This document shows, piece by piece, positions 8,006 through 16,376 of a DNA stretch of 35,544 bases (the first letter of the stretch is position 1; each line of letters starts with the position of its first letter). Origin of the DNA: Sphingomonadales bacterium. GTDB lineage: Bacteria; Pseudomonadota; Alphaproteobacteria; Sphingomonadales; Sphingomonadaceae. Below the pieces are notes generated by a model, which was not told the origin of the DNA, did no database searches, and saw only the letters and a program-made list of their open reading frames with translations. A program made the translations under genes and the position numbers. Location: NCBI GenBank assembly GCA_043728175.1, contig JAYTMV010000400.1, positions 1-35,544 of the forward strand, written 5' to 3'.

Positions 8006-9229
8006 TCAAAAACTCCGGTGAAACGAAACCAGATCGCTATCCGTGTCGGTGTGGCCAGTGATCATGGTGCGCAGCATTTGCCCCGCCATCATTGAAAAGG
8101 TGATGCCGTTGCCGCCGTATCCCATTGCGGCATAACATCCCGGCATATGCGGGATGCGCCCGATGGTCGGGGTGCCTGTGGCTGAATCGCCAAATGATCC
8201 GCTCCAGCTATGTTCGGCAGCCGGATCAATCATCGGCAGCAACGCGCCCAGTTTTTCAACCAGTCGCTTTGTCTTCTCATCATTAAGGGCGTCGCGCGCG
8301 GAGGCATCCGAAATTTCCTCATCCTCACCACCGCAAATGACGTTTCCGTCTGGCGTGGTGCGGATGTAGAGATAGGGGTCTGCGGCCTCCCAAATGATGC
8401 AGCCAGTTGGCCAGATTTTGCGTGGCTGGGCTTTGGTGGCAATCGCCCATGTTGAGATGATTTTATTGCCTTTGCGCGGGATGCCCTTTGGCATTTCATA
8501 TCCGGTGGCAAACACCAACGACTCGCACTTAATCTCTTGGCCGCTGGCGGTTGCGGCGATCACGCCCGTTTCTCCGGCTGAAACATCTGCAATCTCAACG
8601 GGCGCATAAAGCTTTGCCCCACGCGCGATGGCTGCGTTCAAATATCCCGCCGCGAGCAAACGGGGATTGGCGATAAAATTGTCGCGGCTGACAATCGCCG
8701 AACGGTTTTTGATGCCGTAACGTTCAAACACCGCAGCAGGCTTCAAAAAACTAATGTCGAAACCAGCGCGGAGACGCGTGTCGGCCTCTTCTTCTAACGC
8801 GGGCGAACCAAGGACATTGCCCGAAAGATACAGCGAATCGCGATTGTCTTGATCGGCCTCAATTCCAAGGCTGCGGGTGCGTTCGCGCAGAGCGTCAACC
8901 GACAGCCGAGACCGCCGCCACAAACGTTCAGCACGCTTACGCCCGATCCGTTTGGAAAGCACCGAAAGCGGCGTATCAATTTCATACTGGAGCAGCGCGG
9001 TTGATGCCGCAGTTGAGCCCTGCACTGCACCGCGCCGATCAACGATCACCACTTTCAGACCAGCATCGCTCAACGCCTCGGCAATGATCGCGCCTGAAAT
9101 GCCTGCCCCTACGACCAGAACATCACACGAAATTGACCGCGTTAGCGGATTATTATTGATCGGGGGCAGCTTGCGATCAAGCCAAATTGGATCACCTGTA
9201 CGCAAATCGCGCTTCACCGTTGCTGACAT
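8006..9229 (-). CDS. FAD-dependent oxidoreductase (DAO/PuuB-like)
   Basis: DVLVVGAGISG, GSTAASTALL, VFATGY, GYGGNGITFS. ATG 9229 with GGAG upstream. Confidence 0.9.
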   Translation of the reverse strand: MSATVKRDLRTGDPIWLDRKLPPINNNPLTRSISCDVLVVGAGISGAIIAEALSDAGLKVVIVDRRGAVQGSTAASTALLQYEIDTPLSVLSKRIGRKRAERLWRRSRLSVDALRERTRSLGIEADQDNRDSLYLSGNVLGSPALEEEADTRLRAGFDISFLKPAAVFERYGIKNRSAIVSRDNFIANPRLLAAGYLNAAIARGAKLYAPVEIADVSAGETGVIAATASGQEIKCESLVFATGYEMPKGIPRKGNKIISTWAIATKAQPRKIWPTGCIIWEAADPYLYIRTTPDGNVICGGEDEEISDASARDALNDEKTKRLVEKLGALLPMIDPAAEHSWSGSFGDSATGTPTIGRIPHMPGCYAAMGYGGNGITFSMMAGQMLRTMITGHTDTDSDLVSFHRSF

Positions 9230-9289
9230 AAAAACTCCGTTCCTGTAGTGAAACGCAGACGCGCGTGAATCGATCCACAGAAAGCAGTC

Positions 9290-9326
9290 TTGACATGATA
9301 TCATGATATGATATCAGTATATCATT
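9290..9326 (+). promoter_or_regulatory. Sigma70-like promoter overlapped by palindromic operator repeats
   Basis: TTGACA at 9290-9295; CATGATATCATG palindrome 9294-9305; second TGATATCA at 9309-9316. No RBS before ATG 9327, so possibly leaderless. Confidence 0.65.
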
Positions 9327-9698
9327 ATGGGCAGATTCCTTGTAGATGTCCCGGCGGATAATGTTCGCAAGCTTGATGAAATCGCGAAGCGCGATGGTAA
9401 GTCGCGCGCGGCTGTGTTGCGCGAAGCCGTCTCTAACTATCTTGAGGCAAGCGGCAAGGAAGGTTTTGAGAAATATTTTGGCCTGTGGGCGCGGCACGGG
9501 ATTGAAATCGATGCCTCTGACTATGATCGGAAACGACGCGCCGAATGGACGCGGCCTTGGGATGATGATTATAAAGAGGTTCGTGCTGAATCACCGGATA
9601 TGTTCGATAAAGATGATGATCGACAGCGGCAAATTTACCTCAATATCGTTGCGGGCAAATATCCACAGGTCATAGTGTACGAGGCTAGCCAAAAATGA
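9327..9698 (+). CDS. CopG/ribbon-helix-helix antitoxin-like protein 1
   Basis: RFLVDVP...KLDEIAKRDGKSRAAVLREAV RHH signature; later FGLW motif. Confidence 0.82.
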   Translation: MGRFLVDVPADNVRKLDEIAKRDGKSRAAVLREAVSNYLEASGKEGFEKYFGLWARHGIEIDASDYDRKRRAEWTRPWDDDYKEVRAESPDMFDKDDDRQRQIYLNIVAGKYPQVIVYEASQK

Positions 9699-9940
9699 GA
9701 ATCCTGACCGATATTCCTGACGATGATATCGAGAAACTCGATGCCTTGGCCAAGCGTCAGGGCAAATCGCGCGCGGCGGAAATTCGCGACGCGATCAAGC
9801 TTCATTTGGTTCATAATGCGGATAATAATGACTGGATCGAGCGCTGGGCAGGACTATGGGCTGATCGCGATGACATTCCGGACGGTGTTGAATATCAACT
9901 GGCGATGCGCGAAGACCGCCGACCCTACGAAGATATCTAA
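9695..9940 (+). CDS. CopG/ribbon-helix-helix antitoxin 2
   Basis: RILTDIP...KLDALAKRQGKSRAAEIRDAI; AGLWADR; ATGA overlap. Confidence 0.85.
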   Translation: MRILTDIPDDDIEKLDALAKRQGKSRAAEIRDAIKLHLVHNADNNDWIERWAGLWADRDDIPDGVEYQLAMREDRRPYEDI

Positions 9941-9943
9941 TCA

Positions 9944-10309
9944 GTGTCCGACCCTTTTTTTGACACCAATATCGTGATCGACTGGCTCAAGCGCAAACCA
10001 CAGGGGATTGCCGAGTTAGCACGCTATAAAACCCATCGCATGAGCCGCATCGTCTGGACTGAAATCCTTGCGGGTGAAGCGCTCGATGCGCGTGACACTG
10101 TGCGTCAAGCGCTTTCCAATTTCGAAATTGTCGAACTGGACGCTCGGATTGCGGCGGCGGCGGCGGATATCCGTTATCGCTCTCGCATGAAATTGATGGA
10201 CGCGTATATTCTCGCAACCGCTCAAGTGAACGGCGCGATCCTTATCACCCGAAACACCAAGGATTTTCCAGCAGAGATGCCGGGCATCCGCGTCCCCTAT
10301 CAACTTTAG
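9944..10309 (+). CDS. vapC: VapC/PIN-domain toxin
   Basis: FFDTNIVID, WTEILAG, LMDAYILATA, LITRNTKDF. Confidence 0.9.
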   Translation: MSDPFFDTNIVIDWLKRKPQGIAELARYKTHRMSRIVWTEILAGEALDARDTVRQALSNFEIVELDARIAAAAADIRYRSRMKLMDAYILATAQVNGAILITRNTKDFPAEMPGIRVPYQL

Positions 10310-10324
10310 AGTGAGTGTAACCCC

Positions 10325-12148
10325 ATGTGCGGAATTATTGGAATTGTTGGCAAAAACCCAGTCTCTGACCGGCTGGTCGACGGGCTCAAGCGAATGGAAT
10401 ATCGCGGCTATGACAGCGCGGGCGTCTGCACCATCGACGGCGGCCAGCTCATTCGCCGGCGCGCGCAGGGCAAACTTGCGAACCTTGTTACTGAGCTGAA
10501 AGGCAATGATGCGCCGGGCAATATCGGCATCGCGCACACCCGCTGGGCAACGCACGGCGCGCCGACGACGAGCAACGCGCATCCCCACGCCACGGGCGAG
10601 GTGGCACTTGTCCACAACGGTATCATCGAGAATTTCAAGTCGCTGCGGGACGGCCTGATCGCGCGCGGGCGGACGTTTGAGAGTGAGACTGATACTGAGG
10701 TCGTCGCGCATTTGGTTTCCGAACAGGTGGAGGCGGGGCTTTCTCCCGCAGAGGCTGTGAAGGCTGTGCTGCCAACCCTGCGCGGTGCCTTCGCGCTCGC
10801 CATTGCGTTCCGCCAGCACCCCGATTTCCTAATCGGCGCGCGGCTGGGTTCGCCGCTCGTCGTGGGTTACGGCGACGGCGAGACATATCTCGGATCAGAC
10901 GCGCTCGCGCTTGCGCCGCTGACGCAGAAAATCGCCTATCTTGATGAGGGTGATTGGGTGATCATCACTCGCGCAGGTGCAGAGATTTTTGACAAGGACA
11001 ATAACCCCGTCACTCGCGAAGTGACCACTTCGGGCGTGTCAGCGGCGGCGATCGAAAAGGGCAATTATCGCCATTATATGCAGAAGGAGATTTTCGAGCA
11101 GCCCACCGTGGTTGCACAAACGCTCTCCTCCTATATCCGCCCGCTTGAGCAGCAGGTCGCGCTGCCGCAGATGGATTTTGACCTGAGCAGCATCAACCGC
11201 GTCACCATCGTCGCCTGCGGGACGAGCTTTTACGCTGGCATGGTCGCCAAATATTGGTTTGAGACGTTCGCGCGCGTACCCGTTGATTTGGATTTCGCCA
11301 GCGAGTTTCGTTACCGCGATCCCGTGCTTGAGGCGGGCGGGCTAGCCCTCTTCATCTCGCAATCGGGCGAAACGGCGGATACGCTCGCGGCACTGCGCCA
11401 TGCCAAATCAGCGGGTCAGAAGATTGCCGTCGTCGTCAACGTGCCGACCAGCAGCATGGCGCGTGAGGCCGATCTCCTCCTCCCCACCCACGCCGGGCCG
11501 GAGATTGGCGTCGCCTCAACTAAGGCGTTTAGTTGTCAGCTTGCCGTGCTCGCCGCGCTCGCCGCGCATCTCGCCGTCGTAAAGGGAAAGATGACGCGCG
11601 CGGAGGAGCAGGAGGTCGTCAAGCATCTCACCGAAGCCCCCGCCGCGATCAACGCAGCGCTTGCGCATGACGCTGATATCGCCGCGATGGCGCATCTGAT
11701 TGCGCCCGCGCGCGACGTGCTTTATCTCGGGCGCGGGCCCGATTATCCGCTTGCACTTGAAGGCGCGCTAAAGCTCAAGGAAATCAGCTATATTCATGCT
11801 GAGGGCTACGCGAGCGGCGAAATGAAACACGGCCCGATTGCACTGATCGATGAAGCCGTCCCCGTCATCGTTCTCGCGCCCAGCGGGCCACTGTTTGAAA
11901 AAACCGTCAGCAACATGCAAGAAGTCCGCGCGCGCGGCGGCAAGGTCGTCCTAATCAGCGACGCCGAAGGAATTGCCGAGGCGGGCGAAGGCTGCATGGC
12001 AACAATCGAAATGCCCAGCGTCCACCCGCTAATTGCGCCCTTGGTCTATGCCGTGCCCGTGCAATTGCTCGCCTACCATGTGGCCTGCGCGAAGGGCACG
12101 GACGTGGATCAGCCGCGTAATTTGGCGAAGTCGGTGACGGTGGAGTGA
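10325..12148 (+). CDS. glmS: Glutamine-fructose-6-phosphate transaminase
   Basis: MCGIIG, EYRGYDSAG, HTRWATHG, SQSGETADT, C-terminal DVDQPRNLAKSVTVE. Confidence 0.98.
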   Translation: MCGIIGIVGKNPVSDRLVDGLKRMEYRGYDSAGVCTIDGGQLIRRRAQGKLANLVTELKGNDAPGNIGIAHTRWATHGAPTTSNAHPHATGEVALVHNGIIENFKSLRDGLIARGRTFESETDTEVVAHLVSEQVEAGLSPAEAVKAVLPTLRGAFALAIAFRQHPDFLIGARLGSPLVVGYGDGETYLGSDALALAPLTQKIAYLDEGDWVIITRAGAEIFDKDNNPVTREVTTSGVSAAAIEKGNYRHYMQKEIFEQPTVVAQTLSSYIRPLEQQVALPQMDFDLSSINRVTIVACGTSFYAGMVAKYWFETFARVPVDLDFASEFRYRDPVLEAGGLALFISQSGETADTLAALRHAKSAGQKIAVVVNVPTSSMAREADLLLPTHAGPEIGVASTKAFSCQLAVLAALAAHLAVVKGKMTRAEEQEVVKHLTEAPAAINAALAHDADIAAMAHLIAPARDVLYLGRGPDYPLALEGALKLKEISYIHAEGYASGEMKHGPIALIDEAVPVIVLAPSGPLFEKTVSNMQEVRARGGKVVLISDAEGIAEAGEGCMATIEMPSVHPLIAPLVYAVPVQLLAYHVACAKGTDVDQPRNLAKSVTVE

Positions 12149-12202
12149 GGGGCGCGACAAACCCGGCTTGCAAATTCCTTTACCCATAGTACTGCCCGTA
12201 GT

Positions 12203-12622
12203 ATGAAGTTCGTGTTCGATACCGACGTCATGGTTGCGGCGATGCGCAGCCCATCGGGCGCATCGGCTGAACTTTTGCGGATGGTGCGCCGCCGGGAGAT
12301 TGAAGTGGCGGTTTCGGTCGCGCTGGTGCTGGAGTATGAGGCAGTTTTGAAGCGTCCGGAACATTTGCTGGCGTCTGGGGCGTCGGTGGCTGAAGTCGAA
12401 TTGACGATAGATGCACTGATATTCTTCGCCCAGCCCGTATTTGTTGATTATCGTTGGCGACCACAAACGCGCGATCCGGCGGATGAAATGGTTTTGGAGG
12501 CTGCGATCAATGCGAATACTGATGCAATTATAACCTTCAATCGGCGCGATTTTGGCGATGCGCCGCTTCAGTTCGGAATAGGGTGCTGGCTACCAAGTCA
12601 GGCTTTGGAGAAAATGCGATGA
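12203..12622 (+). CDS. PIN-family putative toxin (toxin-first order)
   Basis: FVFDTDV, LEYEAVL, RDPADEMVLEAA, IITFNRRDF. Confidence 0.88.
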   Translation: MKFVFDTDVMVAAMRSPSGASAELLRMVRRREIEVAVSVALVLEYEAVLKRPEHLLASGASVAEVELTIDALIFFAQPVFVDYRWRPQTRDPADEMVLEAAINANTDAIITFNRRDFGDAPLQFGIGCWLPSQALEKMR

Positions 12623-12888
12623 ATAAGCCCGCTGTTATCCAATTGCGTCTGCCGCGATCAATCAAGGCAGGCGTTGAACGTGCCGCGAAACGCGACGGCA
12701 CAAGTATGAACCAGCTTATCGCGACAGCTGTTGCCGAAAAGCTGTCAGCCATGGAAACAATGGATTTTTTCGAGGAACGCGCCAAGCGTGCCGATCTCGA
12801 AGCGTTTGATCGCTTCATGAACCGATCAGGCGGGGAGCCACCGCGCGCAGGCGATGAATTGCCCGAAGGATATGCGCGGCGGGGGTGA
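12619..12888 (+). CDS. RHH (HicB-C-like) antitoxin
   Basis: IQLRLPRSIK...AKRDGTSMNQLIATAVAEK; ATG 12619 overlaps the PIN stop. Confidence 0.82.
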   Translation: MNKPAVIQLRLPRSIKAGVERAAKRDGTSMNQLIATAVAEKLSAMETMDFFEERAKRADLEAFDRFMNRSGGEPPRAGDELPEGYARRG

Positions 12889-12936
12889 GGTGTGTGGCGC
12901 GCGCAGCTTGCAGAGCATTCGGGATTAGGATAAATC

Positions 12937-13119
12937 ATGAATATGAAAGTTGCGACTGTCCCTCCTACTCACAACATCGCCGACAGTGATGAACCCGTCG
13001 CCCCCGGCCATGCGGCGTGGAAGCAGGTGAAGGTCGAACGTGGGCTTGAGCAGGCCAATGATCGTGCGTCGTTAATCCCCGCAGATAAAGTCTGGCGCGA
13101 TCTCGGCCTTGAAGGTTAA
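12937..13119 (+). CDS. Small putative antitoxin
   Basis: 60 aa, AGGA RBS; W...KVERGLEQA...LIPADKVW resembles RelB/ParD C-termini; overlaps the RelE/ParE gene. Confidence 0.65.
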   Translation: MNMKVATVPPTHNIADSDEPVAPGHAAWKQVKVERGLEQANDRASLIPADKVWRDLGLEG

Positions 13120-13393
13120 CTTCACGCCGCAGGCGCAGGATGATCTTCGCGCCATCAAGGACTGGATCGCCGTCGATGATGAACGCGCCGCCGAACGCGT
13201 TATCTCGCGCATTCGCCAGACTGTGCTGATGTTTGGCCAATTTCCCAAACTCGGCCATGAAGGCGACGTCGCGGGCACACGTGAGTTTAAGGTAACGGGC
13301 TTGCCATATCTGATCGTCTATCGCATCGCACCAGAGGAAGAGATTGATATATTGACGGTTATACACGCGAAGCGGATGTATCCGGCGGGGTAG
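13109..13393 (+). CDS. RelE/ParE-family toxin
   Basis: FTPQAQDDLRAIKDWI, FPKLG, GTRE, PYLIVYR, ILTVIHAKR. Confidence 0.9.
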   Translation: MKVNFTPQAQDDLRAIKDWIAVDDERAAERVISRIRQTVLMFGQFPKLGHEGDVAGTREFKVTGLPYLIVYRIAPEEEIDILTVIHAKRMYPAG

Positions 13394-13414
13394 TGTTGCG
13401 GTAGGCGAGTTTTT

Positions 13415-13455
13415 ATCAGCCGGGAAATTTGGCAAAGATTGTAACGGTGGAGAGA
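13415..13455 (+). repeat. Degenerate direct copy of the glmS 3' end
   Basis: ATCAGCCGGGAAATTTGGCAAAGATTGTAACGGTGGAGAGA vs glmS 12108-12148 ATCAGCCGCGTAATTTGGCGAAGTCGGTGACGGTGGAGTGA: 33/41 identical, ungapped (QPGNLAKIVTVE vs QPRNLAKSVTVE). Confidence 0.85.
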
Positions 13456-14424
13456 TACTTGCCCGAGACTAGCCCAAATATAGATAAAATCCTCCAATTC
13501 ATTCTGACCGGGGCATTATTTATTTGGATGTTCTGGGCTGCGTTTAAACGCCGAAGAAGACACCGAGGCCCGGTGGACGACGGCCCACTTGATGAGCAAT
13601 ACAAAATTTACACTGCCGAGTTCGATGTTGATCTCCCCGCCAGTGAAGTTCGAGCTCGTTTACTAGCGCTGAGCCTTGATAATATGAGGGCACATTTTCA
13701 GCTTTCAAAAGAATTGTGGCTTGCCCAAATCGCGTCTGCGAAAACCCGATATGAAGAGATGAGGAGCTGGCAGCGGCCCCAGGCTATTGAATTGGGAAAT
13801 ACTGCTATACTCGTTCTTGTCGACCAGTCCGGCTCCTTGAAAGGCAAGCCCATGGCATGGACGGTTGCAGGCCTTCGACGTGTTGCCGACGACTTAGGCG
13901 ACGCGGGTGCTAAAGTTGCAATTGCGGGGTTCTCGACCGCAGGTTGGCATGGCGGCTTTGCTAGACAAAAGTGGCTTGACGCCAAACGACCAAAACGGCC
14001 CGGACGTCTGTGCGCGCTGCTGCATATTTCTTACAAAGATTTTGACGAACCGGAGTGGGCCGACGAATCTTGGCAGACGATGCTCGATCCCAACATTCTG
14101 AGGGAAAATGTAGACGGCGAAGCCATTCTCTGGGCCGAGAAGGATCTGTTGACGAGAGAAGAGCAATGTAAAATTTTGATTGTGGTCAGCGATGGCGCAC
14201 CAGTTGACGATTCTACGCTGATGGAGAACGGTGAAGCGTATCTCATTCGTCACCTACGCACTGTAATCGCGCGCATCGAAGCAGAGGGACAAATCCGTTT
14301 GGGCGCGATTGGTTTGAACTATGACGTGAGTGCTTATTATCGTCAGTCTCGATCTGTCGACTATGACCAAGATGTTGCATACCACACCCTTGAGCTTATT
14401 GGCGAGATGCAGGATTTGCGGTGA
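13429..14424 (+). CDS. Membrane-anchored CobT C-terminal-like VWA protein (start uncertain)
   Basis: MIDAS LVDQSGS, RPGRL..L.HI.YK, LRENVDGEAILWA, KILIVVSDGAPVDDSTL, AIGL..DV..YY are CobT_C motifs. N-terminal TM followed by KRRRRH. Confidence 0.8.
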   Translation: MAKIVTVERYLPETSPNIDKILQFILTGALFIWMFWAAFKRRRRHRGPVDDGPLDEQYKIYTAEFDVDLPASEVRARLLALSLDNMRAHFQLSKELWLAQIASAKTRYEEMRSWQRPQAIELGNTAILVLVDQSGSLKGKPMAWTVAGLRRVADDLGDAGAKVAIAGFSTAGWHGGFARQKWLDAKRPKRPGRLCALLHISYKDFDEPEWADESWQTMLDPNILRENVDGEAILWAEKDLLTREEQCKILIVVSDGAPVDDSTLMENGEAYLIRHLRTVIARIEAEGQIRLGAIGLNYDVSAYYRQSRSVDYDQDVAYHTLELIGEMQDLR

Positions 14425-14504
14425 AGGCCGATCAACTCCTCCCACTAGCCATTAATCCCAATCCCCGATAACCCCCGCCATCCCCCACCCCCACGGAGCC
14501 ACCC

Positions 14505-15179
14505 ATGCAATTTGACGAAGTTATCCTCGGTCGCCGGAGTATCCGGGGCTACAAACCCGATCCCGTCCCCCGCGCGCTGATTGAGGAAATCCTTGCGCTC
14601 GCCATGCGGGCGCCGTCTTCGATGAATACGCAGCCTTGGAACTTTACTGTCGTCACGGGCGAGCCGCTCAACCGTATCCGCGCTGGCAATACTGAACGGA
14701 TGATCGCGGGCGTGCCGCAATCGCGCGAGTTTCGCACTGGACAGGCGTTTGCCGGGCCGCACCGGGATCGGCAGGTGGGCGTTGCCAAGCAGCTTTTTTC
14801 CGCGATGGGGATCGCGCGCGATGATGCTGACGCGCGGCAGGATTGGGTGCTGCGCGGCTTTCGCCAGTTCGATGCGCCGGTCTGTGTGATTATTACTTAT
14901 GACCGCGTCTGCGATGGCAGCGACGATACGCCGTTTGATTGCGGTGCGGTCGCGACAGCACTCGTCAACGCGGCCTGGTCGCGCGGGCTGGGCGCGGTGA
15001 TCAACAGTCAGGGGATCATGCAATCCCCCGTCGTGCGCGAACATGCCGGGATTGCCGATGATCAAATCATCATGAAAAGCATCGCGCTCGGCTGGCCCGA
15101 TGACAGCTTCCCCGCCAATGCGGTGGTGTCGGAGCGCAAGTCGGTTGCCGAGGCGAGCGTGTTTGTGGGGTTTGAATAG
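14505..15179 (+). CDS. Nitroreductase family protein
   Basis: RRSIRGY, APSSMNTQPW, FDAPV, SIALGWP; GGAG RBS. Confidence 0.92.
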   Translation: MQFDEVILGRRSIRGYKPDPVPRALIEEILALAMRAPSSMNTQPWNFTVVTGEPLNRIRAGNTERMIAGVPQSREFRTGQAFAGPHRDRQVGVAKQLFSAMGIARDDADARQDWVLRGFRQFDAPVCVIITYDRVCDGSDDTPFDCGAVATALVNAAWSRGLGAVINSQGIMQSPVVREHAGIADDQIIMKSIALGWPDDSFPANAVVSERKSVAEASVFVGFE

Positions 15180-15333
15180 TAAGCGCTAAGAGATGTCTTC
15201 GGACAAGCCGCAGTTCGTCATAAAATGCCGAGATCAGCAAAACGCTTGGCGGAAAATTTACATGTCAGTAGTTTTTGCTCAAAAATTACGTTACTTCAAA
15301 GATCAGGATATCACTCCTCACTAGGCACAACCG

Positions 15334-15846
15334 ATGAAAATCAAAGATCGCGCGGAATTTTCCTCCAAATCCTCTGTCATGACGTTTCGTCCTGATGAAA
15401 CCGTATTTAACGCTGCACAGGCTATGAGTGATAAAAACTATGGGGCGGCCGTTGTTATCAGCCCGGATTTCAAACCGATTGGCATAGTAACTGAGCGTGA
15501 TTTTATGCGGCGGCTGATCAATAAGGGGCTTGATCCGATGACTACGCCGCTCAGTATGATCATGACAACCGACCTGAAATTGGCGAGGAGCGAGGATAAT
15601 CTGCTCGATTGGTTGCGGCAAATGTCGAATGACCGATTTCGCCACTTGCCAGTCGTTGACGACAACGGAAAACTTGTGAGCATCATGAGTCAGGGTGATT
15701 TTGTGAGTTACACATGGCCTGAACTGATCGGTCGTGTGCGTGAACAGGCCAAAGCGACATTCGCAATCAACCCATCAATGATTACGGCATCTATTGTTGG
15801 TATTTTCCTGCTATTATTGGTGATATTGGTCGTTTTGACGCGTTGA
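15334..15846 (+). CDS. CBS-pair protein with C-terminal TM helix
   Basis: GIVTERDF and RFRHLPVVD..GKL...S.GD CBS motifs; hydrophobic tail IVGIFLLLLVILVVL. Confidence 0.88.
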   Translation: MKIKDRAEFSSKSSVMTFRPDETVFNAAQAMSDKNYGAAVVISPDFKPIGIVTERDFMRRLINKGLDPMTTPLSMIMTTDLKLARSEDNLLDWLRQMSNDRFRHLPVVDDNGKLVSIMSQGDFVSYTWPELIGRVREQAKATFAINPSMITASIVGIFLLLLVILVVLTR

Positions 15847-15921
15847 TCATCAACACAGGATATGGCCCTCGTTATTGAATCGCTCGGCCCCTTCAGACGA
15901 TGCGAGACGAGCGAAGGTTGA

Positions 15922-16275
15922 CTAATTCAAGCACATTAACACGCTCACTACATCGCCCTCATTGACGCCCTCCCGTTTGCGCACATCGGCCTTCAGGGGG
16001 AGCATATAGCCGCCCTGCTGTTTGTTCGGGAACAGCGAGGTTTGCCAACTGGTCTTACCGATCGTCGCCGTCACGCGGACTGAGCCCCAGCCGCCGCTGC
16101 GTCCGCCAGCGGTGTTTCGGATTGCGGTGGCGGCCTCGCCCGCAATCGTCAGGAAATGCCATGATCCCTTGGCGGGTGGCTCAGCGCGCCAGAGCCAGAC
16201 AGGGCCAGTTGCGGTAACGCTCTGGCTCGCGGGTTCATCGTCGCCGATGATCATCATGATTTCGCGCATGTCCAT
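15922..16275 (-). CDS. DUF1905-like protein
   Basis: W.F.TI, GWGSVRVTATIG.T.WQTSLFP, YMLPLKADVRK.EG. Start is ATG 16275 or a nearby Met. Confidence 0.78.
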   Translation of the reverse strand: MDMREIMMIIGDDEPASQSVTATGPVWLWRAEPPAKGSWHFLTIAGEAATAIRNTAGGRSGGWGSVRVTATIGKTSWQTSLFPNKQQGGYMLPLKADVRKREGVNEGDVVSVLMCLN

Positions 16276-16376
16276 TTGGCCGATGCTGCCAGAGGTTACC
16301 CAGCACGACAAGCGCGGGCTTGCATAGCGGCGCAATTCAACCATAAAGCCCGTTAAAAGCATTTGGGAGGATCAGC

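Noticed and set aside
10016-10819. 267-aa antisense ORF over glmS (and similar ORFs at 24811-25593 and 6273-6923)
   Set aside because: Typical high-GC shadow frames opposite well-supported genes, with no motifs.
12875-12890. Third glmS-end copy at the antitoxin stop (CGGCGGGGGTGAGG)
   Set aside because: Only about 13 bp, gapped and low complexity; explained by local G-richness.
12149-14424. Tn7-like transposon at attTn7
   Set aside because: No tnsABCD/tniQ genes, and no TGT...ACA ends or 5-bp target duplication seen downstream of glmS.
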